DNA of 64,000 nt, taken from positions 1,550,001 to 1,614,000 of the forward strand of contig JAMWBK010000004.1 of NCBI GenBank assembly GCA_029953675.1, in the 5' to 3' direction. The DNA comes from Rhodosorus marinus CCMP1338 (Eukaryota > Plantae > Rhodophyta). The translations under genes were made by a program, and so were the position numbers. Each line of letters opens with the position of its first letter. The first letter of the stretch is position 1. A model generated the notes under the pieces. It saw only the letters and a program-made list of their open reading frames with translations. It was not told where the DNA came from and did no database searches. Below, one piece after another: positions 24,692-37,573 of the stretch.

Positions 24692-25830
24692 ATGGGGACG
24701 ATCGAAGATATTGAATCGTCCAGGTCGTCGTCTTTGACAACGGAGACAGAAGAGATTGACGAGAAAGACGAAATCGTTAGATTCGACAATGTACATAAGA
24801 CGTATTTAATTGGTGCTTCGGGGATTGCGGTTCTGCGTGGTATTGATCTTAGGGTTAATAGAGGAGAATTTGTGGCTATTTATGGCCCATCGGGAAGTGG
24901 GAAATCCACTATGCTTTCGGTCATGGGAACAATCGACAGGCACTCGAAGGGTAGGTTGTGGTCTACCTGCAGATGTTTTCCAACATCCAATAGCCCGACA
25001 TTTTTCTTACCGAACGTCATTCTAAATGGCTGTCATGAAATCAGGTGACGTGTTTCTGTTTGGTAAGAAGGCTGGGCTGAATGCCACGGACAAGATCCTA
25101 GCTAACCTGAGGCTGAAGGACATTGGTTTTGTCTTCCAAGCCTTCAACTTGCTTCCATCGTTGACCGCATTCGAGAACGTTGAGCTACCTATGCTCCTCG
25201 CAGGCAAGCCGAAGAAGGAGCGAATTGCTCGAGTATACAAATTGCTTGACAGGGTAAGGTCTTCTGAAGAAAGATACATTAGCTGGGGCGAGTGACTTTC
25301 ATGGAACTGGATACTAATTGTGGCGAGTTTTGGTGGGACTCTTTCGGCACGGTTAGGTTGGAATGTTACATAGAACTAAGAGCTTTCCAGCCCAGCTCTC
25401 TGGAGGCGAGCAGCAGAGGGTCACGATCGCAAGGGCGCTGGCGAACCGTCCAAAGCTGTTGCTCATGGATGAACCCTCGGGAGATCTGGACACGAAGAAC
25501 ACGGACCTCATCATGGATTTCCTTCTCGAGTTGCATGAGAAGCAGAAGATTACCATGATCATGGTTACTCACGACGTAGGGTTGCGGGGCTACGCCGATC
25601 GAGTGATCAACATTCGTGACGGTAGAGTCGCTGGTGACATGAAAATTGACCAGGACCAGCGTATGCGAATGCGGAAAAACCTGAGGCAACAGGTTTTGAG
25701 ATCGCGACGAGAGGAAACGGGGTGGATGTCCTCAACAGACTCGAGCGAATCGTTTGGTGGGGTTAGGACCGAACTTCGAGCACCGACTGACTACGGGACA
25801 GTGTATGCTACACAGGAGTCTTGCAGCTAG
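24692..25830 (+). CDS. Stand-alone ABC ATP-binding protein, LolD/MacB/FtsE-like; 3 exons (24692-24950, 25045-25253, 25357-25830); an upstream exon is possible
   Basis: Walker [11 protein letters not shown]-loop [11 protein letters not shown], signature LSGGEQQRV, Walker [14 protein letters not shown]-loop VTHD; no transmembrane domain. Confidence 0.93.
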
Positions 25831-26013
25831 AAGGATGGCTTGCAAGTAGAATACAAGATATTTATGATTCGTCAGAACTCTATTGCTGCTACTCATGGAG
25901 GCCACAAGGGAGTCTGCGTCTGACGGAGAACAACTTCGGATTCAGCGCAGACAGCAATTATTCGTTCGAAGGGAAATACTTTGATGTTTGAACGAGATCG
26001 ATCAGCGCAAGCC

Positions 26014-27551
26014 CTATGATTCTACAAGCTTGCGCAGTAGCTTGATGACCTCAACCTTGACCTCCTCATTCCCGAAGAGGTTGAGCTGGTTGAGGTAGTG
26101 GTACACCTTGTAGACCTTCGCGCGTTCTTCAAAACCTTCCGCTTTAGGTATTCTTGAGTGGTAGGCGTTGTAAAATTTATCTGTGAATCCACCAAACAAC
26201 TCCATGATCGCCAGGTCCATCTCACTGTGTCCAAAAAAGCAGGCCGGATCGTAAACAACAGCCTTGTCCTTTGTGAAGCCTGCACAAAGTGAAATTAACG
26301 TTCAAACGGGTATGGTAGGAAGAATGACTCTGTCTCTCGTCATCACAGGTTTACAATGTAGAAAAGGATGAACAACTTTAGTCGCTACAGTTTTTGACAT
26401 CTTCCAACCTACCCGCATTACCGATCCATAGATCGCCATGGAGCAACGACGGTTTCACAGGGACATCAGCGAAGCGATCCTTTAAGCTTTCAATGAGTTT
26501 TTGGGTCAAGTTGATCAGCTCGCTGCTCTCGTCCTTCTTAAACGGCGCGCGAGCGTAGACTTTTTGTTCAAAAAGAGACTGGAGAAGCAGCCCCATCCTC
26601 CTAGCTAAGAACTCTGACCAATCGTCCGTCCAGCGGTTATCCATTGGGGTTAAGGACAGGTAGTTATTTATGACAAACCCAAATTTGCCTTCGTGAATTT
26701 CATCCATTGCGCTGCTCACGTGCATCTTTGCGAGCCCATGCCCGAGATTCTGCAAGTGAAGAATAAAAGGGAATCATCTTTTAGATCCGCTGCGTCTGAA
26801 GAACAGTTAGGAGAACAACGTTTCCCTCTTCAGATCACCTCCTGTGCTTCTGGGCGACTAGCACCGAAGGGTACCAAAGGGAGCCACTCGAGGATCATGA
26901 ACGCTCCTGGTCCAAATTCTCCAACCTTTGGCAACGAGCCGACATGAAGAGGCATTGGGCAGTATACTGTCTCCGTCTTCCTGATCGTGGTTAGACCAAC
27001 TGCTTCGCTCATGAATACTGAAGCGTCCTGTTCCGAGACGAACCCCACAAACCATCAGCTGGATCTCCATGACTTGCTCTAGGCCATGAATATCTAAACA
27101 AACCTCCACTCGGTTGACCTTGACGAAGTAGTTGCCTCGATCAGTGTCCGCTCTGATGGCTTCGTTCCCATTCCACCTGGAATCCATCAGCTCAAATCCT
27201 TTCACCTCATTACATCCGCAGACAGCCCTAAGAGCACTCGCGATCGGGTCCTTTTCTGACGTACTGAGTTGATACTTGTCCCCCGTCGGTCCATCCGCCT
27301 GTTGCAAAAGGCCATCAAGTTCCTCATCGCTGACATCTTGACATCCAGAACCAAGGAAATAACCGTCTTCGGTGAGAAATATCCATCCAGTCCACTCCAG
27401 CAGGGAACCGATATGCCCTCCAACAGGAGAAAAGAGGAATCATACCTTCAATACTGTCAACCATACACCGACGACCGCGAACTCGAGAACATGTCGAGAT
27501 CTGACTGTTTCGGCCTAATAGCAGCCCGGATTGTATCAAAAAGCCTATCAT
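26014..27551 (-). CDS. Fructosamine/ketosamine-3-kinase family protein, plastid-targeted, 5 exons
   Basis: Motifs YFVK, ILEWL, LAKMH, KFGF, PSLLHGDLWIGN, YDPACFFGHSEMDLA and FGGF; MIGF transit-like start at 27551. Confidence 0.93.
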
Positions 27552-28390
27552 GTTCTTCTTCACTACCCTAGGAACGTACTTGACAATCAGCAGAGAGAGG
27601 TGTACGCGAATCATCCCGGCTTAGAAATGACTTTCGAGATAAAATCCATCTTCCTCACCGGCCGGAATCGTACTACTATCGTACTAATATTACTATCCAG
27701 TACTATGTGGTGAGGGGGATCAGTGGGTATGGTGACCTGGCCGGGACAGTGTGGAGAGGGGCTGGGCACACGGTAAACGGATGATGATGTTGACCACCAC
27801 ACGTGGTGCGTTAGGAATCTCTTGAGAGGCGTTGACAGACAGGATCCAGCGTGATCAGCGAACGTTGAAATGGAGGATGGTCTTGTAAAGCTCCTTTTTC
27901 CGGGCGTTGCTTTTTTCTTTTTTCTTTGCGTTGGCGCAAGCAATTGCGGGTGTCGAATGCATGTTCTCACCCATCGTCAGTACATCTGGACATAGTAGTA
28001 TGGCATACCTCTACCGTTTGTGGCACTCAACATGGCATAGCATCCGTCTCTCGGTATGTTCCGTGCAGGTAGCAAATAGTCTATACATTTTTGCGCTCGT
28101 TGCTGTGACCTCGGCAAAAATATCCGCATATACTGCCCAAACAAGCTGCTACCGGTCGCCCTCGCCAACATCCTCACCGATTCCAGCTTTCAACATGCCT
28201 GTAGCCGTCTCCAGAGACGACTCCTTCAGTTCTCAGGATGTCCTTGTCTCCAACTTGCAAACGCGCAACTCGGCTGGCCTCCAGCATCAATGTCTGCGGG
28301 CCTAGGATGATTCAGTCTAGCTAGAGATTCTCGAGGCGCACGAGTTGCTGTTCTTGACCGAGAGGGACTAAGGAGTTCCTCTTTTCTTTT

Positions 28391-29482
28391 TTACTGACAA
28401 ACGGCCGCGAAAGGATCGACTTCCCCGAGCAGATACCACAAGGGTGCGACATGGATGCGCTTGATGGGGTACGGGCCAGGTCCGAAACCCTGAGAACAGA
28501 CAATGTTGAGGGTGGCACGCCTCAGTACAGCCGTGGTCATTTGCATGCACTCAGAGGTGGGAACCTCCCACGATTGAATGACACGAGCTGTCGCAAATTT
28601 ATCCGTGCTGTATAAGCGAAGTACTAACTGCGCTGATATCACGTAGAGTTGCTTAAGGTCTTCCTCTCCTTCATCGGTGTAGCCGAAGAGGACACCATCG
28701 AATCCATTTCCAACTAGGTCTGCGTCGAACTCTGTAATTGGGTCAAGTTCCATGCTCAAAAATCGGGTCTGGTACATTAGAGGTGCTAATCCAAACTTCA
28801 AAGGCCGCGCAACTACAATCCTGGATGCTGCTCCGTCTGTAACAGATATTAAAGCTCCCGTCGATTTACTGTAGACAACACCGTTTGGCCCAAATACGTC
28901 TACCTCGAGCAGCGGTCCGGAAGCGAAGATACTTATTTGTGGCCTACGACTCAGAATGTCGTCTATCTTGTAGACCTTTCGCGCGAACGTATCAGTCACG
29001 TACGCTGAGCCTTCTCCTTCATGGTATGCAATGTCGTTGGGAGAAATAGAATTTTCCAAGACAACAGACCGAGCAGTCTTCTTCTGCAGGTTGATGATCG
29101 CAACCCTGCCGTCACGCAGATTTTCAGGAAGCGGTTCTCCGGCTAGCTGGCTCTCGAATGTGGGAAAGACCTCAAGGTTGACAGCTAGAAGCACGGTGCC
29201 CTTGTGTGCTGTATCTAGCCCCAAGGTACTGAACACGTCATCCTCCGTGTCTTCCTCTAGATCAATAGTTTTCGCTTCCCCAGTGTGTCGATTGACGAAC
29301 ACTGGCAGGCCGGGGTCGGCTACGGAGCTTAGAATGAAACCTCCTTCCACATCGACGATTCCTTCTGGAATAAAGTCACCCACAAGCAGCGATCCGCCGT
29401 CAACGGGAACGAGCGATGGCACTTCGTGCGCTGTGACTGTCGCCAGAAGCAACAACAGAACGGCTTTTTTTACGGTTTTCAT
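28391..29482 (-). CDS. Secreted six-bladed beta-propeller protein (SMP-30/gluconolactonase/NHL-like), intronless
   Basis: Signal peptide MKTVKKAVLLLLLATVTAHE at the in-frame ATG 29482 of ORF 28391-29626; blade motifs FIPEGI, SPNDIAY, AYVTD, GPNGVVY and FDGVL. Confidence 0.8.
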   Translation of the reverse strand: MKTVKKAVLLLLLATVTAHEVPSLVPVDGGSLLVGDFIPEGIVDVEGGFILSSVADPGLPVFVNRHTGEAKTIDLEEDTEDDVFSTLGLDTAHKGTVLLAVNLEVFPTFESQLAGEPLPENLRDGRVAIINLQKKTARSVVLENSISPNDIAYHEGEGSAYVTDTFARKVYKIDDILSRRPQISIFASGPLLEVDVFGPNGVVYSKSTGALISVTDGAASRIVVARPLKFGLAPLMYQTRFLSMELDPITEFDADLVGNGFDGVLFGYTDEGEEDLKQLYVISAQLVLRLYSTDKFATARVIQSWEVPTSECMQMTTAVLRRATLNIVCSQGFGPGPYPIKRIHVAPLWYLLGEVDPFAAVCQ

Positions 29483-30558
29483 TTCACCAATGACACTCTG
29501 ATATCCAGAACACCTTCTACAACTCTCGAATGCCCAAGTGGGGGTCCTATCGGCATTGATCGCCAAAGCTTGCTTGAGACTTATACCATTCTGAACGCCG
29601 TCTAACAGCACCATATCGACGTTCACATCAATGGGACTTTCGCCGGAACATCGACAGTCTCAGCACCCTGCTTGAAACGAAGAAATTGACCTCCAGATCC
29701 TTTCCAGGCGGACGTCGCAAGTCGCTGTGGAGAGCCAGTCGAAACAATCCGGGTTGTTTCGCTAATACTTTCTCAAAAATTTCTCTCGTGTTTTTTTCAA
29801 TCTTGAAGGGGTAAAATCTAGATATTCAGAAGCCCGACCTGTTCCCAGCGTCATCAACAAACACAGCCATCTTCAAAAGCCACCAAACCCCCAGAGCATT
29901 AAGCAAAATGTTTCCATTTACCCCATCGACTACAACTGTTTATCAATACAAATTTCTCCTCGGATCCATCTGTTCATATGTGGCCTAAATTATACAATAA
30001 TACAAAATATTAACTATATTTTATTCCAAAAATTATCCATCTTTGCACTATAAAAGGCAAAAATATTCTTAATACAATCTCTGCAAGAATGTTTATTATA
30101 TATTTCTATGCCATAATTAAGACGTACTTTTTTCCAATAAAACATTGCCACGGTCGTTGGTTTCTTTGAAAATATTGAACTTTTAGATTGTATAGGAGCG
30201 AATAGCCAAATGATTTCGTCCTGAATCAGGAAAATTGATAAAATGTATAACAAAACATGGTCACTTGAATAGTAGGCTCGGAGTCCGGGAATGGTGGAGG
30301 ATGGATGTCCTTGGCGTCTGGAAGAATGGAGAAGAGAAAATGGATATGAAAGACTCTTGAAATTTAGTCGTAAGGTCTATTAAAGAACTGGAAATGCCTG
30401 CTTGGGTGGAATGTCCAGTGGTTCGAATCGTGATGACACGGATGTTAAAACTTCCCCACCCCCCCTCCCCTTCTTCGCTGGAAACCGAACTGAGAGGTTC
30501 GTCCCTTCTCTTTGCCTAGAACTAAACTAGCGGATCCGGAGCCGATTCAGAAGGATTC

Positions 30559-30654
30559 TGAGTGCTCATCTTGGCTTTTCTGAACCCGACAGCTGGTAAT
30601 TCATTGAGCGCTCATCTTTGGTTTTCTGAATGTAACAGCTGGTAGCTCACTGAG
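30559..30654. repeat. Two-copy 46-bp tandem repeat
   Basis: TGAG(T/C)GCTCATCTT...TTTTCTGAA...ACAGCTGGTA at 30559-30604 and 30605-30650, plus a further TGAG. Confidence 0.85.
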
Positions 30655-33286
30655 GACTCCAACACTGATTTACAAGACTTCATTCCCGTCGGAATGGCTG
30701 AATTTTTTATGATTCAGTGACAGCAGTACTGTTGTCAGCAGTGCGGGCGTAGACGAGCAGCATGTGAATAAGGAATCGCCGGCACCAGCCTTTGTGCGAA
30801 TCCCGCACACCGAAGCCAGCTTGACCAATCCGATCTCGTCTTTCAGTCGCAAAGCTGAGCTAACAACTCAAAAAACAGACGTTAGGAGGGTGTGCCTTAA
30901 AAACCATTATTTGCAAGACAGATCGCCACGCAGGAGCTCTGGACTAGCCGCTTGCCAATCTTGGTACCCCTCGGAATGAATTTCGAACTCGCACACGATG
31001 AACGTAGATCATCAGACGAATAAAATCCACACGGGCTTTTTCTCTCCCTGCTGGCGGGGCGCATACTATACTTTGGCTGAGCAGGGACTGTGGGCTACTA
31101 CAAGGTGCTACCTTCTAAAGATCCTAACGTTAACCTGAGAACAGCAATGCTTAATCGAATTCGACAGTAGCCTCCTGGGTTCTCATAGTAGGCCCGTGGA
31201 AAGGGATAGGAAGCGAAAACCCTATGACATGAAGGAGCCCTCAAGGGAATCATTTTAGGTCAGTTGTAGACCACGGGGAAAGAGTCCTTAGGCGGGGATC
31301 TTTTGGATCTGTCGAAAACCGCGCAAAGAGTACACAGTTGTTTCGTCGAAGCCATAGAATTAAGGGGTGAATAGTCAGATTCAACTTTGTGAGAGCGGTT
31401 CCGTATAAGTCTTGCCTTCCTGGACTGACTCTTCATGTTCCTACCGTGAAATACCAGGAGCGGACAGACTATCCATACTTTCATCCTCAAGGTGTTTTCC
31501 TCATGAATCGGCTCAAGGCTTCGTTGATGGGGAGGGGCAGGGCTAGCGTGCATCTGTCATATGTGTAGTCAAGTCGTCTCTCAAAGAGCCGACTGCATAC
31601 GAGTTTCGTGCGAGGGCTCGTTCGCAAATGTCTGATCATGAAATTGTATATTGCACCCCCTGTTGGGGAGGGATACGGCGAGGAGGTTGATAATATTTGG
31701 TTCGCCGTTTAGTGTGCTTCCTCTCGGGGCTGTAGACACTCATTCGTAACCCCGCTTGACCCCATATCAATATCTCGCCCTGGGGCACACCAGTGCATCT
31801 GCAAACGGCTTGCCGTTTTGGTGAAGACGTGATTCTCATGTGTCAAGACCAAAAGATGCTGAAACAGGTGAAAGGAGGATTCTTGGACTACCAATCAGGT
31901 CGCCTTGAGACAGTTCGTCCCCCTATATAGGCTGATGAAGTCTCCTTCGCACTCTGACAGTCTCTAGGTATCAGACAAAAACAACAAAACTCATCGTTCC
32001 CGAACCTAATTTTCCTGCCACTGTCTACGCTAAGGACCCGGCAGCGCTCTCCCCCGCCCAAAGACAAGGCGGCTTCCGTCAAAGTAGAAACAAAAACAGC
32101 ACTACATGCTGAGTCTCAGTGTACAGTAGTTCAAAGTTCGGATTTCGTGTCATCCTCGCGTTAGTCAAGGATGATTCTCAGTCCAGGGTAAACAAAGTGA
32201 GACAACCCACCCGGAGAGGAAGAGGAAGCCAGACCAAACATTCACCTGGGAAGTTCCCCGAGGCCGAGACGAAAGAGATATCTACCCTCTAAAACTAAGG
32301 CCAATCGAACCGGCGCCACAGAAGGAATTCACGAAAGACAGAGAAGCTCAGCGAATGCCCTTGGGATCCCTTCATACTGTTCTCCCAAAAGTCTGAACCG
32401 GAAAACACCTTATCCCGTTTCCCCCCCATAATGGTCTACGTCCCCCAGGAACCCCCAAATCCAATCTCATTTATCATTTTCCAATTGAAATAACATTACA
32501 TCGACCGAAGCAGTCAAAACGAAAGTATTTCACCCCCCTTCAATGCAGAATATAAACAATTCGATTAATTTAATATATAATACAAATATCATATTATTCT
32601 ATAACAAAAAATAATTAAATATTCATCTAAAGACTAAATATATTAGTTTAATACAATAAGTCTCCGGATTGAATAGCATGATTATAATTTCATATGATAT
32701 ATTTACGTATTTTATAATAATATAAAACATTTATTAATTTGTATATAATAAATAAATTATTTGCGTCAAGTGAAAATAAATTAGGCTACCAACGTAATAT
32801 TTCAATAATAGATGAGCTAGATACTTAAGTTGATAATGTTTAAATCATTTACAATAAAAATAAAGATATATGTTTTATAACTTTACTGATAGAACACAAA
32901 TAAATTGTATTAATGTAATTAATATGAAACTTATTTTATTGATATTATCATTATTATATGATATATTTGTATCAAACAAAAGAATATTTTTATTATATAT
33001 GGAATATCGTATTTTATTTATGATATTTATGTTTATTGGCATTAGCGGCTCGGGGGGGTAAGGATATTGAGGAATGGGATTGGGAAATTTTCAGGGTTGG
33101 CGGTGTCGGGGGATGTGTTCGGGAGTGTAGGGGACGGTGAATTGGTTTGGGAGTAGTTTGGGGGGTGTTGGGGGGAAGAGTGGGTGGATAATGATGGACA
33201 TGGTAATGTATATGAGGTGACTGAGTACATTTTTGAAGGGTTTGTGAAGGATTTTAGGGAAGGAGAGTAGTTAAAGAGTTTCAAAG

Positions 33287-34798
33287 ATGGAGGGAATCTG
33301 TGGATTTGTGAACAGTGTTTGCGGTGTGAAAGGGAGGACTGAGGGCGGAGTTGTGAAGTGTAGGAGGAGGACGGTTCGGTGTTGTGAGGAGGGTGGGCCC
33401 AAGGCGGAGGGAAAAAAAAAAACTCCTGAGAGTTTGGAATTTGGAAACTGGAATGGCTTGAGTATTGGAACTCATCGAATGAAACTGTACGCTGGTTCGT
33501 CTAATCCGGAGTTGGCGGAGCAGGTGGCTAGGTATGTGGGAAAGGAGAAGACAAACCCTATCAAGAGGAAGAGGTTTGCTGATGGAGAGCTGTACATAAA
33601 ATTGGAGGACTCAGTCAGAGGATGCAACGTATTCCTCATCCAATCTACCAAGTTAGTGTTCTTTAACTCTTGCCCTCCTGTTGTCAAAGCCTCCGAAGGA
33701 GCTCCTGAATCCTAAAGTACTCCGTTCCTTCTCTGTTGCTTCTCTGAAATAGCAACCCTGGTAACGATAATATCATGGAATTGCTTCTGATGATTGATGC
33801 TTGTAGGAGAGCTCACGCTGCTCAGGTGAATGTCGTCATGCCGTACTACGGTAGGTTTCAAGTTCAAGATTCCGGCGAGCTCCCTCAACCGGCTTAGCAA
33901 CAGTTTCCTGCTTTCTCTCCATTCAGGATATGCACGAGCTGACCGTCTTATTGACCCTGCCCAAAAGCGAAGGGAAGCGTTGACTTCAAAGCTGGTCTCG
34001 AATATGATCACCGAGGCCGGTGCGGATAGGATCGTGGTAGTAGACATCCACTCACCGCAAACATGTGGCTTCTTCGATATCCCGCTGGATCACATTTATG
34101 GTTCTCCTGTACTGGTTGAGTATTTGAAGGCCAAGAAATACGACGACGTTGTGGTCGTAGCACCCGACGTTGGTGGAGTCGCTAGAGCTCGCGCCTTTGC
34201 AAAGGTAAGAGGTTCTGTTTGTACTCGACAAGTGGGATTGCGTGTCTTCCTCTGAGAGATGCTCGCACGCCTTTGATGGCTTTCTTGCTTACCTGGCGTT
34301 TTTGTGCTTTGGGAAAATGATATCCAGGCCCTCGATGACGCTCCTCTGGCGATCATTGACAAGCGTCGGGAGGCCCACAATGAGGCAAAGGTACTCAACT
34401 TGGTTGGTGATGTGTCCGGCAAAAGGGCAATCGTTGTGGATGATATGATCGATACGGCTGGAACGATATGTGAATGTAAGGCGGCGTGGGTGCAAAAAGC
34501 TTTTCTCTTCCAGCACAAGTTCGCTTTTGACTGAAGATGTTTCCGTTAAAAAATACACGCCACAGGTGGTAAGACCTTGAGAGAGAACGGCGCCCACGAT
34601 GTGATTGCGGTTGCAACACATGCGGTCTTTTCGGGCCCCGCCGTAGAGCGATTGTCAACTGGAGTTTTCTCTGAAGTCATCGTCTCCAATACCATCGATC
34701 TTGAACCTGAGAAAAGATTCAGGCAACTAACTATACTGTCAATTGCACCGTTGATCGGAGAAACCCTGTGGAGGCTCAACGAGCAGGTCATGAACTAA
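33287..34798 (+). CDS. PRS: Ribose-phosphate pyrophosphokinase (PRPP synthetase), plastid-targeted, 5 exons
   Basis: [65 protein letters not shown] and ATHAVFS joined across GT-AG introns. Confidence 0.97.
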
Positions 34799-35156
34799 TA
34801 TCTTCTACCTGTTTCGAAAAAGGACATTCAAAAACTGCAGACTGGCTCAGCAGCGATATTAACAATTCGAGCGTATTTAGTATAGATAGTAAGACTCAAC
34901 AGGAACGGAAAAATATACGGAAGCTAGAGATAAGATAAGGTTCTCGCCTTTTGACCTCAGGTCTCGTGATGACCAATCGGGCCCGGCAGTGCTAAATACA
35001 GTTTGAGAGCATTGAACAAGAGGCGAGGACAATGATATCTATCCAGGCGACGACGGGTCACAACCGCAAGACGCATTAAGGTTAACCGGCTGTTTTCCGG
35101 TCCCTGCAGGCTCGCCTTCAAGATGCGTCCCACCCGGTTGCGCCTGGAACATTTCT

Positions 35157-37573
35157 CTACTCTTCACTTTCCGCCATCCTTCTCTTGAGGATCTGTTTCA
35201 AAATCGCAGAGTAGAGCTGAGGAACATGGTCCATAAAGCTGCCTGGCCTCATCTTCATCTTCCTGAACTTTTCCGGCTCTCGCTCCATCAGATAGTACGT
35301 CTTATCCACATAGTCCTTGTCTGCGGAATGGGGTGGCGGAGACGATGTCTTTAGGGGTCCATCAGAAGTTGAAAGTAACCCCAGCGGTGAACTTACCCCG
35401 ACAGCACGTGCACCGGCTGTGGTACCAACACTTGGTTACTGTGTTGAAGTTTTTGTCAGTCCTCATGTGCAAAATCCTGCCGCCCAGGACCAGGCGGCTT
35501 GGTTCGAGCTCAGTGAGGTCCGGGAGCTTGAGCTCGATTTCATCCAGCCGCGCACGCTTCCACATCCTCAGATCAATGGCCACTTTTCTCGCTCTGGGGA
35601 GCTTGTGCACAGCCTTGCAGATTTCAAAGTAATTCGCGAGCCCCACGACGGACAGCCTGGGCACAACGTCGTTATTGTTCACGAGCGAAGTGATCACGGT
35701 GCGGTGAACGGAGGCCATTCGTTTGGTCAAGACCGGAGGTGAGCCGACCGCAAAACAACGAACCTAAAGCAATGTGGAGCAATCGTTTTAGGGAAACCTT
35801 GCCCGATAACAGCGAAGTTTCACGGATTCCTCACGTTCTTATTTGCCAGGTCGGCATCGTTTCTCATCATGATCGTTGCGAGAACTGCCGCCCCGGCACC
35901 CAGAGAATGCCCAGTGACCGTGATTGCATATGTCGGGTGCTCGCTAGCTAGACGAAGAAGGACTGGTTTGGACATTGTCGCAATATGCTTGGCGCTGAGG
36001 AACATACCAATATGAGTTGCACCTACTACTGGTTTGTTTCTAGACGAAAAGGCAGCATGGGTTACACGATGAGACGATCCGGGTGCTAGGCGCAATCCAA
36101 TGCTCTTCCAAATGATGCGCGTACCTTCCTCTCGGGTCTCGAGCAACAAACGTGATCGGCGATGCCGCGAGATCCGTCATGACATCGTTGAAGGTAGCAC
36201 TACCTCGAATACTCACAACAACAGACTTGTACGCATGGTCCAAAGCGATATAGAACAAGGGCTGAAACGGTCCTTTGGATGGGAACACTTCCAGGTCCGC
36301 GTCAATCAAATCCAGCTGAAGGATAAGGAGGGAAAGACACGCAAGTAAATGCGGGAAGTAAGTCCGCCTGTTGTCTAACCTTGAGCATCGTTTCCCCTCC
36401 ATGCATACCTTTCCAAGGATTACCGCTCGATCCATATTAAGCGGATTCTCCGGAAGGCGACGGTAAAAGTGTTTCAACTCGTTAAAGTTGCGCCCGTACG
36501 CGGCCTGTGCGTGTTTGGCGAGTCTTACATATGCACGCAACTCTTCGACTGTGAACTTTCGAATATTATAATCCGAAAATCGAATTGTTTCGTTCGGCAA
36601 CTCATCCACGACGCTGGAATGAGATGCAACAGACGTCCGAGGTTCATTCGCTGCCCTTTTCCGGACATAACGTATACGCTTTTGGGCCCTATAGCCTCTG
36701 ATGTAGTCAACAGTATTGAGGTCTGGCGAAGACACGCGGGATGGGAAGACTGTCGTCAGAAACTGGGGCAAGAGATCCTTGCGAAAGGCATGGTTTTCTG
36801 TTTGAGCCGCAAGCCCAGTAGATATAGTCCAACCTACTCTCAAGCCCCGCTCTCCAAAGAATCTGGTCGAATTCTGCAATCGCCAGCTGCCTTGGGTCCT
36901 CTTGGACTTGCTGTTCCGACTGTGGACGACAAGAACATCCGTAGCAGACGCAGCAGCATTTGATATCGGATTTAACCTTGGTTTTCAGTTCGTCCACTTC
37001 GCGTCTGTGTCGATAGTAGTCCACCGCGGCCTTCTCGCTGAGTGCAGCGAAGTCATCAGAAATTTTAGAAGTGAGGAATTCGTTTCTGAACAACTCGCGT
37101 TGGAGTGTAGTATCTGCCAAATCAACTCGAGATATTACGGTGAACCAGTCGAATTCATCTCCTAGACCACAGAAGCAAGCTACGTCAGATTTTCTTCACG
37201 CGCAGTTCCTAGTTGCTATCAGTCCTACTAACCAGAAACATCATTCCGGTCGCGGAATACATTGGTGTCCACCTCGAGCTTCGTATCAACAGCGGAAAGC
37301 GTCAGTCCATCTACACCTGCGCAAGGATGGTTAACACAGACGCGCAAGTAAACATTTGGAAAATCGTTGTAAGAATGAAGCAAGCAGACTGAAAACAAGT
37401 AGAAAGGGAAGAAAAAACAAGAGCCAAAAATCACCTCGCAGGTTGTTGGAATTCCTACATTGAATCTGCGACAAGCCATCACCAAATTCTGGAGGCTCAG
37501 CGTCATCTTGTCTATCCTCGCTCTTCTCCACGAGCATCTGCTCATGCTGCGCGCATTCTGGAACCTCAGGCAT
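35157..37573 (-). CDS. Class-3 lipase (DAG-lipase-like), about 7 exons
   Basis: VVSIRGS, DVMTDL, HIGM, GHSLGAG nucleophile elbow, DVVPRL and FMDHVP catalytic Asp/His motifs. Start and last exon tentative. Confidence 0.9.

Noticed and set aside
27600-28320. Minus-strand frame with two in-frame TAG stops considered as readthrough or recoding
   Set aside because: No recognisable protein family or recoding signal; indistinguishable from decayed or random sequence.
30660-32400. Coding-like GC content with short ORFs (similarly 4600-5400, 10300-11400, 14900-15900, 21700-22400, 38400-39700, 49700-50700, 52600-53700, 59400-60550)
   Set aside because: Could not build phase-consistent gene models or recognise motifs; these may hide spliced hypothetical genes or decayed elements and need RNA-seq.
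32540-33061. 63-aa hydrophobic ORF (32870-33061) in a very AT-rich island
   Set aside because: Composition artefact of low-complexity AT-rich promoter DNA; no organellar gene similarity recognised.
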